NCBI GenBank assembly: GCA_002420005.1
Contig: DIHE01000052.1
Coordinates: 855-64,854 of the forward strand
Direction of reading: 5' to 3'
DNA: 64,000 bases
Source: Holophagales bacterium UBA5704
GTDB taxonomy: Bacteria; Acidobacteriota; Thermoanaerobaculia; Multivoradales; UBA5704
The notes under the pieces were generated by a model. The model was not told where the DNA came from, did not search any database, and worked only from the letters and a program-made list of their open reading frames with translations. Made by a program: the position numbers and the translations under genes. Of this stretch, positions 9,009-17,546 are shown in pieces; position 1 is the stretch's first letter, and each line of letters opens with the position of its first letter.

Positions 9009-12000
9009 GTGAGCACAGCTCCTGCGTCGCTCTCCGTCTACCGCGGCCAGCAGGCGCTCCGGGGACGGATTGGTGAAGGCGGGGGACGGCTGGTCGCCCA
9101 GGGGGAGCAATACCTCGACGCCGAGCCGCCGCTCGATCGGGACGCCGATCTGCTCGACGCGATTCGCCCCTGGATGAGCCTCGACTCGGATCCCGTGGAC
9201 CATCAGGTGCTCGCAGACCGCCTGGAGGCCTGGTCGTTCTTCACCTGCGGCGACCGGCAGCTGGTCGCGCGCCTGGTCTCGGCCGGCATCTATGATCGCC
9301 GCGCCGCCTACTTCGCGCACGGCCGCCTCTGGCCTCTGCCTGCCGGGCCCGGCATCGACCCGGGCCTGCACGTCGGCCGTTCCGAGGCTTTTGAAGCTCC
9401 TTGGCGCGATGACGGCCCACGCCGGCCTGTTCCCGAACCGGCGCCGGCTTTCCTCGGCGTGGAGCCGATCAAGGCGGAGCCCGAGGCGGCCTCTCTCTTC
9501 CTGGGCCATCTGCTCCAGAGTGCCGTGCGCGGGCGGCCTCTGGCGGTTCTGGCTCCGCTGTCCGACTTCGCCGTCGGGGCACCGTTTCACAAGCTCCTGT
9601 CGTTCGCCCGGGGCTCCCTGCCGGCGGACCTCCGCCAGACGACCCGGGTGCGCATCTACACCCGCACGCCGGAGCTTTTCCTGCGCGACTCCGGGCCTGC
9701 GCTGATCGCGGTGCCCGCGGACATGGAAGAGCGGGTGAAGAGCTTCCGCCGCGATGCTCTGCTGATCGACCGGCAGGGGAGAGCCCTTTCCGGGGAGCCG
9801 CCCGATCCGGCGGCCCTGGAGTACGCCCGCGCCGTGGTCCGGCGCGCCGCCAAGACCCCCAGGAGCCTCACCCGGTTCGGAGAGCGGTTCCGGGACCGGC
9901 ACCCCCGCGCGGCGGGCGAGCTGCCCGGCCCTCGCGACGTGCTCGCCGTCCCCATCATCTACAACTTGGCGGACGCGCTGGCCGGCTCTTCCGAGGACCG
10001 CACCGGCTTCGTGGTCGACTTTCTGCCGCAGATCGGCCCCAAGCTCGGAGCCGTCGTGGACTGGCAGCAGCTCCTCTCCGGCGAGGAGTGGCGGACGTTT
10101 CCCCTGGACCCGGTGCTCGAGCTCCTGCTCCAGGATTCCCAGGGGATGCCGCCCGGGATGCAGGAGATCCAGAAGGCCATCGAGCGGGCGGAGCGGCTCA
10201 AGCACGCGATGGAGCGGGGAGAGGTCGACCGGTTCCGCGTTCAGACGATCCTGCAGTCCGCGCCGCCCTCCCGGCTGGCGGCGGTTGTCCGCGAGATCCT
10301 CCAGGTTCCCGGCCTGTTCGAGAAGGACGGACCCTGGGGCGACGTTCTGGCACGCCTCCTGGAGACGCTCCGCCGCCTTCGGGGCCTGCCGCCGGAGCTG
10401 GCCGCCGCGCTCGTCCAGTCGCTGGTCGACGAAGGCAAGCTCCGCCATTCGTGGCTGGCTTCCCTGGCTCCGCAGTGGATCGAGCACGAAGATCTGCTCA
10501 AGGCGCTCGGAGTGGACGCGCTGCTCGATTTGGCCCGCTTTCTGGAAGCGGAACAAAGCCTGAGGACGGTGTTCGCTCACGTGGACGTCCGGATGGGCGC
10601 CGACCCCCGGTCCACCACCGATGCCCTGATCCGCACCGGCTGGTGGACGGCTTGGCGGAGGATGTCCGATTTGATGATCCAAGAAGGGGAGAAGAAGCTC
10701 CAGGCGGCGGAGGCCTGGCTCAGCTCGCCCCTCTGGACCGCAGGCGGGGCGAGGCGGGAGGCGAAACGGGAGGACTGGACGCGGGTGATGGATGACCTGC
10801 CGGCCAGCCTGTATGAAGCGGGCCGTCCGGCACCCTGGAGCGGCGCCGAGGAGCCGCGCCGCCGCCTGTGGCCGTGGATTCCTCCTTTTGAAGAGGAGCA
10901 GATCCAGGACCTGGCCGAGCGGGTTCCGGATCTCCCGTCTCTCGCCGGGCTGGCGGACACCCTGGAGACGACGAAAGATCCGGGGCTGGACGTCGGTGAG
11001 GCCATCTGGCGCTTCGTCCTGCGCAAGTCGAGGTTCCATCGCCATTTCGCGAGCGAGGATGCGCTGGGCTGGCTGCTGGAGACGCGGCCTGACGGGCTGC
11101 CGCCGCTGAGCCTGGCGGATTCCCTTCGGCTCTGGCAGATGGCGGGTCCTCGCCGGAACCAGGCGGGCCGGGCGCGGCTGGCCTCGGTCTGCCATGGTCT
11201 CGAGAACGACGCGCAGGCGAGGGAAGGCATCCTTGGTGCCGATGATCCATACCTCTGGGACAAGCCCACGTTTGCCCAGGCGGTGGCCTTCTGGATGCAC
11301 CGGCGCGGGTCGGTGGAGAAAATCGGCTTGGATGTCCTCGACAAGATCGAGCAGCAGATCGCCGCCGAGCCCTTGCGGCGCCCCTCGGCCACGCGACAGC
11401 TGGTCGATGAGCTCGTGCGGCGCAATCTCACGAAATGCGCCGCGCTCCTGAGTCCGAACCTCGCCGGAGTTGTCGCTCTGGAGAACCTGGTGGAGTCGGC
11501 GGTCGATGCCCTTGCAGAGGGAGCGCACGATCACCCGTGCTGGAAGAACCTGGCGGACCTGACGGAGCGTGGCGCCACGGACAAGCATCTGCTCTCCTCG
11601 CTCGCGGAGCGGGTTCGGAACACGACGGGCGAGCAGAAGGCCGCTCTCCTGCGGAACGGATGGCGCACGTTCGAAGCCGCCACCCAGGCGCAGCCGTTCT
11701 TGACCCACGTACGTCCCGAGCAGGCCGATCTGCCGGTCTTCGATCTCGCGGCGAGCCTGTCGAAACCGGGCGGGCTGGGGACCGCGGTGCTCGGCGTGAT
11801 CTTCCTGGCCAACGCGAGCCAGAAGGCAAAGCCGGAATGGTGGGGGGGGCTCCTGCGCGAGTTTTTCAAGTGGCGCCGGTATCCTCCCAGGGATTGCGCA
11901 GACGACCGGAGGGACGTGGCGATGGCTCTCGTGGTGCGCCTTCTCGGAGATCTCAAGCCCGAGGAGCGGAAGGCTTTCTGGAAGGCCATGGGACAGAGAA

Positions 12001-12032
12001 ACGATTGGGACCTTTTGGTGGGAGCTCAATGA
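9009..12032 (+). CDS. Large (1007 aa) mostly alpha-helical hypothetical protein, candidate GTPase-associated partner
   Basis: GTG 9009 lies 6 nt after AAGGGAGA. The single long ORF has coding-like composition and no catalytic motif that I recognise. The N-terminal segment (LDSDPVD...AWSFFTCGDRQLVARL...YDRRAAYFAHGRLW) weakly resembles the N-domains of the two minus-strand proteins at 14380-17546. The stop overlaps the next ATG. Confidence 0.65.
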   Translation: MSTAPASLSVYRGQQALRGRIGEGGGRLVAQGEQYLDAEPPLDRDADLLDAIRPWMSLDSDPVDHQVLADRLEAWSFFTCGDRQLVARLVSAGIYDRRAAYFAHGRLWPLPAGPGIDPGLHVGRSEAFEAPWRDDGPRRPVPEPAPAFLGVEPIKAEPEAASLFLGHLLQSAVRGRPLAVLAPLSDFAVGAPFHKLLSFARGSLPADLRQTTRVRIYTRTPELFLRDSGPALIAVPADMEERVKSFRRDALLIDRQGRALSGEPPDPAALEYARAVVRRAAKTPRSLTRFGERFRDRHPRAAGELPGPRDVLAVPIIYNLADALAGSSEDRTGFVVDFLPQIGPKLGAVVDWQQLLSGEEWRTFPLDPVLELLLQDSQGMPPGMQEIQKAIERAERLKHAMERGEVDRFRVQTILQSAPPSRLAAVVREILQVPGLFEKDGPWGDVLARLLETLRRLRGLPPELAAALVQSLVDEGKLRHSWLASLAPQWIEHEDLLKALGVDALLDLARFLEAEQSLRTVFAHVDVRMGADPRSTTDALIRTGWWTAWRRMSDLMIQEGEKKLQAAEAWLSSPLWTAGGARREAKREDWTRVMDDLPASLYEAGRPAPWSGAEEPRRRLWPWIPPFEEEQIQDLAERVPDLPSLAGLADTLETTKDPGLDVGEAIWRFVLRKSRFHRHFASEDALGWLLETRPDGLPPLSLADSLRLWQMAGPRRNQAGRARLASVCHGLENDAQAREGILGADDPYLWDKPTFAQAVAFWMHRRGSVEKIGLDVLDKIEQQIAAEPLRRPSATRQLVDELVRRNLTKCAALLSPNLAGVVALENLVESAVDALAEGAHDHPCWKNLADLTERGATDKHLLSSLAERVRNTTGEQKAALLRNGWRTFEAATQAQPFLTHVRPEQADLPVFDLAASLSKPGGLGTAVLGVIFLANASQKAKPEWWGGLLREFFKWRRYPPRDCADDRRDVAMALVVRLLGDLKPEERKAFWKAMGQRNDWDLLVGAQ

Positions 12033-13267
12033 GCAAGCAGATCACGTTCTTTTGGGACAGGCGGCAGGCGGGCCATGTGTATGATTTCGAGATCGACGAT
12101 GGCGCGCGGCGGCAAAGGTTTTCGGTGTTCTCCCAGAAGCCCCTGGAGGAAAAGCTGGTCAAGAACCGGCCGCTCCCCAAGGAGAACAAGGGAGACCTCC
12201 AGCCCGAGATCGAGAGGATCAAGGCGATTCTGCAGGGGCAGGGAGGCGTGATCTCCCTGGTCCACGATAAGGGCCTGAATCAAGTCTCCCTCCGGACGAT
12301 TCCGGTCGCCACCCAGGCCGGGGCTGCGATCGCTTCTGTCGGCATTCTCCGGCCGGGCCACCCCTCGTTGGCGCTGGAGGCCTTGAACGAGCCCCAGGGA
12401 GCACCCTTTCCCGTGGGCTCGCATGCGTTGATTCCGGTCGACCCGGAGACCGAGACGCAGCTACGTGGCTTAAAGGAAAACCTCGGGCATCTGCCCGGGG
12501 ATCTGGAATCGCTGGCCCTTCACGCCATCCGGGAGCCGAGCCTGGAGTCGCGGGTCGGTCTTCTGGAGGCGCTCAACCGAAAAGGCGGGGATGATTCGCC
12601 GACGGGTCCGAAATGGCTGCGCCGTCTCCTGGAGAAGACCTCCTGGGGCGGCCGTCCCGCCTCGCTCTGGCCGGCGGTCGCGGCCCTTCTGGGACTGGTG
12701 CTGGTGGCCAATACAGTCGTCCTGTACTCGATCCTGAAGACGGACAACGGCTCGATCGTGGTGCCTTTGATGTCTGCGGGAAGAACCCCTCCGGCCGCGG
12801 CGGCCACACCGGGCCAGAAGATCTTCGCGCTCACCGAGGCGGTTCGCGGCAAGGCGGAAGATGCCCGGATGAAGGCTCTGGCGGAGGGTCACTTTGTCAG
12901 TGTGCAGAAGGAAGATGAGGTCGAACGCATCCTGACCCCAGGGGAAGAGGGAGTGCTTCTGGTGCGCGGCCTCATGAAGCTGGAAGCTCTCCGTCTGAAT
13001 CAGGAGGATGCGGCCGGCCTCTTCGACAGTGCCAACAATCCGACCCAGGTCAACAACTTCTATAAGGGGCGCGCTCTGAACGCTCGATCCAGGGACCTGC
13101 TGGCGGCGCTGGCCTGCGTCGCCTTCGGAGCCCCGGGATTGCCGAAGACCTCGACGGCGGACCCTGTCCCGTTCGCCGAGGAAGGGAAGGATTGCACGAG
13201 CTACCCGCTCGACAAGGCGTCGCCGGGGCTCGACGACTTGTTGAAGCTCCTTCAGGACACCCGTTAG
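12029..13267 (+). CDS. Hypothetical single-pass membrane protein (412 aa)
   Basis: ATG 12029 overlaps the stop of the previous gene (ATGA). The track ORF 11435..13267 is an upstream shadow extension inside the previous gene. A central TM helix is LWPAVAALLGLVLVANTVVLYSIL. Confidence 0.65.
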   Translation: MSKQITFFWDRRQAGHVYDFEIDDGARRQRFSVFSQKPLEEKLVKNRPLPKENKGDLQPEIERIKAILQGQGGVISLVHDKGLNQVSLRTIPVATQAGAAIASVGILRPGHPSLALEALNEPQGAPFPVGSHALIPVDPETETQLRGLKENLGHLPGDLESLALHAIREPSLESRVGLLEALNRKGGDDSPTGPKWLRRLLEKTSWGGRPASLWPAVAALLGLVLVANTVVLYSILKTDNGSIVVPLMSAGRTPPAAAATPGQKIFALTEAVRGKAEDARMKALAEGHFVSVQKEDEVERILTPGEEGVLLVRGLMKLEALRLNQEDAAGLFDSANNPTQVNNFYKGRALNARSRDLLAALACVAFGAPGLPKTSTADPVPFAEEGKDCTSYPLDKASPGLDDLLKLLQDTR

Positions 13268-13276
13268 ACCGGCGGC

Positions 13277-14377
13277 ATGGAAACGCTTTCTCTGCGCGTC
13301 GTCGCCCCGCCGGAGGCCGAGATCCGGACAATTCCCCTGCCTCTGGAAGCGGGCGGCTCCCCCTGCTCGGTCTACCTGCGCTGCCTTCCGGGGGCGGCGG
13401 CGATCCATTGTGCCTTTGTGAACGGTGACGGCTCCATCGTGCTGCGCACCGAGGTCCAGGCCACCGGCGGCGAGAAGGTCCGGATCGGCGTGGCCCTGGG
13501 GACGGAGCGCGAGATGCGGGTGTGGAGCCCCGGGCGCAAGGTGCTGACCCTTCCCAAAGAGGCACCGTACGAGCCGCCGCCCACCCTCCGCGTCGCCGGC
13601 TCGGGGACCCGCCTCGACCTCGCCTTCGTCATCGACGGAACCGCCCGCCGCTTCTCGTTCGACGGCAAGCAGTCCGTCTCCGAGCCGTGGCTGGGCAAGC
13701 AGGTCTGGGAGGAGCCGGTGAACCTCCTCGCGGGCTTCGCGGCGGCTCTCGTCGAAGGCTCGCAGGGGAGCCGTTTTTCCGTTCTGGCGTTCGGCGACGA
13801 AGGGATGAAAGGCGTCGAACCGGAGGATCTCGCCGACGGCTACCTTCTGCGGCCGCCTGCGGGGGCTGGGAGGTTCTTTCCCTGGAGCCCGGAGCGGTGC
13901 CGCGAGGCTCTGTCCGCGGTCGAGCCGACGCCGGGGGGCGACTTCGTCGATGCTCTCGCCGAGGCTCTCCATGCCTGCCGGAGCCTGCCGTGGGGCGAAG
14001 GGACGCGCCGGATCGTGTTGGTCTGCGGAGATTCTCCAGGGCACTCCGTGGCGCATCCTCTCCCTCCCGGCGCCGATGCCCGGGTACGCAGGCTGGACGT
14101 CGACGTCGAGGCCGAGCATCTGCACGAGAGGGGGGTCGAGATCGCCACGCTGTACTTCGATCCTCAGGGGAATGCCGGTCTTGGTCAGGCGGTCTTCCGG
14201 AAGGAGCTTCTCGCCGCGGCCCGCGACCAGTACCGGAGGCTGGCCTCCCTCCCGGAGATGGCCTTCGAGCTGTCCCGCTTCCAGTCCGAGGAGGCGGCCC
14301 GGGTGGTCAAGGACGTGCAGGGGCTGCTCGCCCGCCGGGCCGCGCCCGGCGAGCTGATCGGGGTTTCGGAGCCCTGA
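13277..14377 (+). CDS. von Willebrand factor A (vWA) domain protein with about 100-aa N-terminal beta-rich domain
   Basis: vWA strand/MIDAS region LDLAFVIDGTARRF, then SRFSVLAFGDEG and RRIVLVCGDSPGH, in the typical vWA order. The MIDAS position reads DGTAR instead of DxSxS. Confidence 0.65.
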   Translation: METLSLRVVAPPEAEIRTIPLPLEAGGSPCSVYLRCLPGAAAIHCAFVNGDGSIVLRTEVQATGGEKVRIGVALGTEREMRVWSPGRKVLTLPKEAPYEPPPTLRVAGSGTRLDLAFVIDGTARRFSFDGKQSVSEPWLGKQVWEEPVNLLAGFAAALVEGSQGSRFSVLAFGDEGMKGVEPEDLADGYLLRPPAGAGRFFPWSPERCREALSAVEPTPGGDFVDALAEALHACRSLPWGEGTRRIVLVCGDSPGHSVAHPLPPGADARVRRLDVDVEAEHLHERGVEIATLYFDPQGNAGLGQAVFRKELLAAARDQYRRLASLPEMAFELSRFQSEEAARVVKDVQGLLARRAAPGELIGVSEP

Positions 14378-14379
14378 CG

Positions 14380-15870
14380 TCAGCTTTTCCCGGCGGCCGT
14401 CAGCTCTTCCTGGATCAGGGCCTTCACCCAGGGCTTCCGTTTCACCGGCGGCCATTCGCGCAGCGCCTGTTCGAGCCGCCGTGTCCAGGGGTTTGCCGGG
14501 CACTTCAGGCTGTTCCGGAGGGCGTTCCGGAGATCGGTCTGTCCCATTTCTGCCAGCAGGCCGGGGCTCACAGAGAGGGCGAAGAGCAGCTCCGGGACCC
14601 GGCGGCTCTCGAAGGCTCCGACGGAATCGGGATTCGTACCGGGACGCAGGACCAGCGCAGCGCTGCGCAGCACGTCCAACTTGACCTTCCACTGTGCGTC
14701 ATCCACGGCATCGGGCTTGAGCTCTCGGAGCGTCCTGATCCAGGAGGGGAAGAGGGTCTCGTGAATTGGAACGAGCTCCGAAATGGGATGGCGTGACCAC
14801 CGGCCCAGGTCAGGCCAGCGAGCTTCGACGGCACAGGCGAAGGTATGGAGTGCTTCGAGCCAGGCCGGCGCCCCCTTGGGCGGGGCCGGCAGGGCGATCC
14901 TGGCGTCCGGCCGCACGGCCTCCAGGGGTGTGAGGGGGAGGGTATGCACGGCGACCGGCGGCTCCGCAGGGGGGCGGGCCGAAGACCCTGCCGCTTGCAC
15001 AGGCACGCTGGGGACGAGCACGGCCCTCTCCGGCTGGAGCTCCAGGAGAGCCTTGGCGAGAGGCCAGCCCTGGTCGTCGGCCGGCTCCTGCCGGTGAGCC
15101 TGCTCCACGAGATGGGGAGGAACGGCGATCACGTCCCAGCGCCTCCCGAGGTCCGCGAGAGAGGCGCGTCCCGAGGGAATCCAGCCGGCGAGCGAGAGGG
15201 TCTCGGCGATCGTGCGCGGGAGGGGGAGAAGAAGGACGGCGAGCGCGAGGGGAGAAAGGGGGGCTTCGAGACCCGTCAGACAGGCGGGCTTGCGTCCTGC
15301 CAGGATCTGGGTGTAGAGCCCGGCCAGGCTCTCGCGCTCCACGGATGCGTGCAGCTCCTCCACCCCTCGCGCCACCAGAGACTCCAGGTTTCCAGGAATC
15401 GGTGTGGGCTCCTCGGCGGCGAGCTGGAGGAAGAACCAGGGATCCTGCCAGGCTCGCTCCTCCCTATAGAGCGTCCAGACCTTCGCATCGAACGAGGCCA
15501 CCTGCTCGAGGAGGAGGAGGGCTCCCAGGGCGGCGGGCGTGCCGCGGCCCGGGGTCCAGGTGAGCAGCTGCTTTTCAAGGAAGTTCGACCGGCCCACGGC
15601 ATCCGAGGCCGGGCTCCGGTAGATCGCGGCTGCGCAGTACCGATCTCCCTGGCGCAGCCAGAGTGGTGCCGGGACCGGCTGGTCCTCGGAGCCGAGGGTG
15701 AGTTGTTCTGCCAGTCCTTCGGTATCGAAGCCGCTGCTCCGGGCGATCCAGCGGTAGTCGGTGGAGGCGCCCGGCGCCTTGCCCCAGATGCCCCGTTCGC
15801 AGTGGAGCCTCCCGGAGGGCAGAGCCTTGAGCTGGGCGAAGGCCGGCCATTGCAGGATCGAGGTGCTCAT
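14380..15870 (-). CDS. Hypothetical protein; its N-terminal roughly 290 aa are paralogous to the upstream GTPase-fusion protein, and it has no GTPase domain
   Basis: The true start is ATG 15870 (MSTSILQWPAF...), overlapping the upstream stop (ATGA). The track ORF 14380..16047 carries a shadow extension. Shared blocks with the neighbour are ERGIWGKAPGASTDYRWIA, LGSED, GRSNFLEKQLLTW and LLLPLPR. Confidence 0.7.
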   Translation of the reverse strand: MSTSILQWPAFAQLKALPSGRLHCERGIWGKAPGASTDYRWIARSSGFDTEGLAEQLTLGSEDQPVPAPLWLRQGDRYCAAAIYRSPASDAVGRSNFLEKQLLTWTPGRGTPAALGALLLLEQVASFDAKVWTLYREERAWQDPWFFLQLAAEEPTPIPGNLESLVARGVEELHASVERESLAGLYTQILAGRKPACLTGLEAPLSPLALAVLLLPLPRTIAETLSLAGWIPSGRASLADLGRRWDVIAVPPHLVEQAHRQEPADDQGWPLAKALLELQPERAVLVPSVPVQAAGSSARPPAEPPVAVHTLPLTPLEAVRPDARIALPAPPKGAPAWLEALHTFACAVEARWPDLGRWSRHPISELVPIHETLFPSWIRTLRELKPDAVDDAQWKVKLDVLRSAALVLRPGTNPDSVGAFESRRVPELLFALSVSPGLLAEMGQTDLRNALRNSLKCPANPWTRRLEQALREWPPVKRKPWVKALIQEELTAAGKS

Positions 15871-17546
15871 GCCGCCTTCGTGACCTCGTCGAGCAGCCAG
15901 GCGAAAGGCTCCATCACGTTGACCGGGCTCCCTCCGGGGCCGATGCGGGGGCTCAGCTCGTTGTCGTAGAAAACGACCGACTCGACCAGCCCGTAACGCA
16001 CGCGGACTCCGGCGGCGGAGACCGGGAAGAACCTGAAGAGGGTGCAATAGTGGCCGAGCAGGTCGGCCAGTCCCATCTTATCGTGCCGGCGGACGAAGTC
16101 GTCCGGATTCTCGGTGGCGCGCTGCAGGTCGGCTTCTGTCCGGATCAGGAGGTCCGCCTTGGAGAGGCAGACGGCGATCGGCCGCGGGTCCTTTCCGGTT
16201 CGCTCATGAAAGAGGCTTTCGAGCGTGCTCAGCACCTGGCTGTACAGCGTGTCGCCCTGGGCGGTGGGGTCGAACAGCAGGATCAAGCCGTTCGCCTCGG
16301 TCAGATGCCGGCGATGCTGGTTCATGGCCTCCGTCAAGTCGGTGGAGGCGCTCCCGAAGCTGGTGGAGGCGCTGCCGGCCCGGTCCTCCAGCCGCAGAGA
16401 CACCCCGCGGCTGGTCGCGCGGTGCTGGAAGTGGTATTCGACCGGCTCGGCCTCGAGACCGGTGGCCGACGGGAACTTGCGCTCCTTGCGGATCAGGTCT
16501 CGCATGTTCCGGAAGAAGTCTCTGGAGGCAGGCGCAGGATAGGCGTCATAGGTGTTCGACCGGTTTCCCAGATTGGCGAGGTAGAGCTGGGCCAGGAGGG
16601 CGGTCTTGCCGGCTGCGGAGGCCCCCCAGAGGGCGAGCTGGACCGGGCGCCGTTCCGGCGCCGGTACGCTGCGGAGCGGCCGGCCCGAGGTCGGGGCCGG
16701 ATTGCGGCTGAAGATGGCGCGCGCCAGACGGCGGCCCCGTTCCTGATGCTCCGGCGTGGGCTCCGTCGCCGGAGCGACGGGTGCCTCCCCTCCCAAGGTT
16801 GCATTCCAGCAGCTCTGGAGGCTCTCGACGCCGGCTCGCCGCGAGGGCAGCCAGCCGGCCACGGAAAGCCTGTCGGCGACGTCCCGCGGCAGGGGGAGGA
16901 GGAGGGCGGCCAGAGCTTCGGGGCCCAAGGGAGCGGCGAGGCCGTCCAGAGGCACGGCCCGGTGGCCGGCGATGAGGCGTGCATAGAACGCGGCGAGAGA
17001 CTCCTCGGACACGGTCGTCTCCAGCTCGGAGAAACCAGTCTCCACCGTCTCTTCGAGCTCACCGAGAGAGACGGCGAACGGTGCGTGGTCCTGGGGGGAG
17101 AGGAGGAGAGGATCTTCCCCGTTGAAGGAGCCGCGCCGGTCCCACCAGATCCCTGCGTTCGTCTGGGCGACGCGGGGGAGGAGCGCCATCGCGCCGAGGG
17201 TGGCCGGGATGGCCGCGGCGCGCCGCCAGGTGAAAATCTGTTTCTCCAGAAATCCCGAGCGTCCCGCGGCATCGGCCGCCGGGCTTGCGTAGGTCGCCAT
17301 GGCGACGTACAGCTCGCCGAGGCTCCGCCAGTGTGTGGCGGTTCGGGGGGCGTCCTCGCTTCCCAGCACGAGTTGCTGCTCGATCCTCTCACGGCGGGGG
17401 AAGGCGGAGCTGGCGGCGATCCACCGGAAATCCGAGCTGGAGCCGGGGACCTTGCCCCAGACGCCGCGCTCATGGTCGATGCGGGGAGGCAGAGATCCGC
17501 CTTCGAGGGCGGGCCAGGCGGCAAGAGAGCGGCCGAGCGAGGTCAT
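15867..17546 (-). CDS. Fusion protein: conserved N-terminal domain (paralog of 14380-15870) plus C-terminal P-loop GTPase
   Basis: The true start is ATG 17546 (MTSLGRSL...), overlapping the kinase stop (ATGA). GTPase motifs: G1 LWGASAAGKT, G3 LEDRAG, G4-like CLSKAD, G5-like VSAAG. Confidence 0.75.
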   Translation of the reverse strand: MTSLGRSLAAWPALEGGSLPPRIDHERGVWGKVPGSSSDFRWIAASSAFPRRERIEQQLVLGSEDAPRTATHWRSLGELYVAMATYASPAADAAGRSGFLEKQIFTWRRAAAIPATLGAMALLPRVAQTNAGIWWDRRGSFNGEDPLLLSPQDHAPFAVSLGELEETVETGFSELETTVSEESLAAFYARLIAGHRAVPLDGLAAPLGPEALAALLLPLPRDVADRLSVAGWLPSRRAGVESLQSCWNATLGGEAPVAPATEPTPEHQERGRRLARAIFSRNPAPTSGRPLRSVPAPERRPVQLALWGASAAGKTALLAQLYLANLGNRSNTYDAYPAPASRDFFRNMRDLIRKERKFPSATGLEAEPVEYHFQHRATSRGVSLRLEDRAGSASTSFGSASTDLTEAMNQHRRHLTEANGLILLFDPTAQGDTLYSQVLSTLESLFHERTGKDPRPIAVCLSKADLLIRTEADLQRATENPDDFVRRHDKMGLADLLGHYCTLFRFFPVSAAGVRVRYGLVESVVFYDNELSPRIGPGGSPVNVMEPFAWLLDEVTKAA

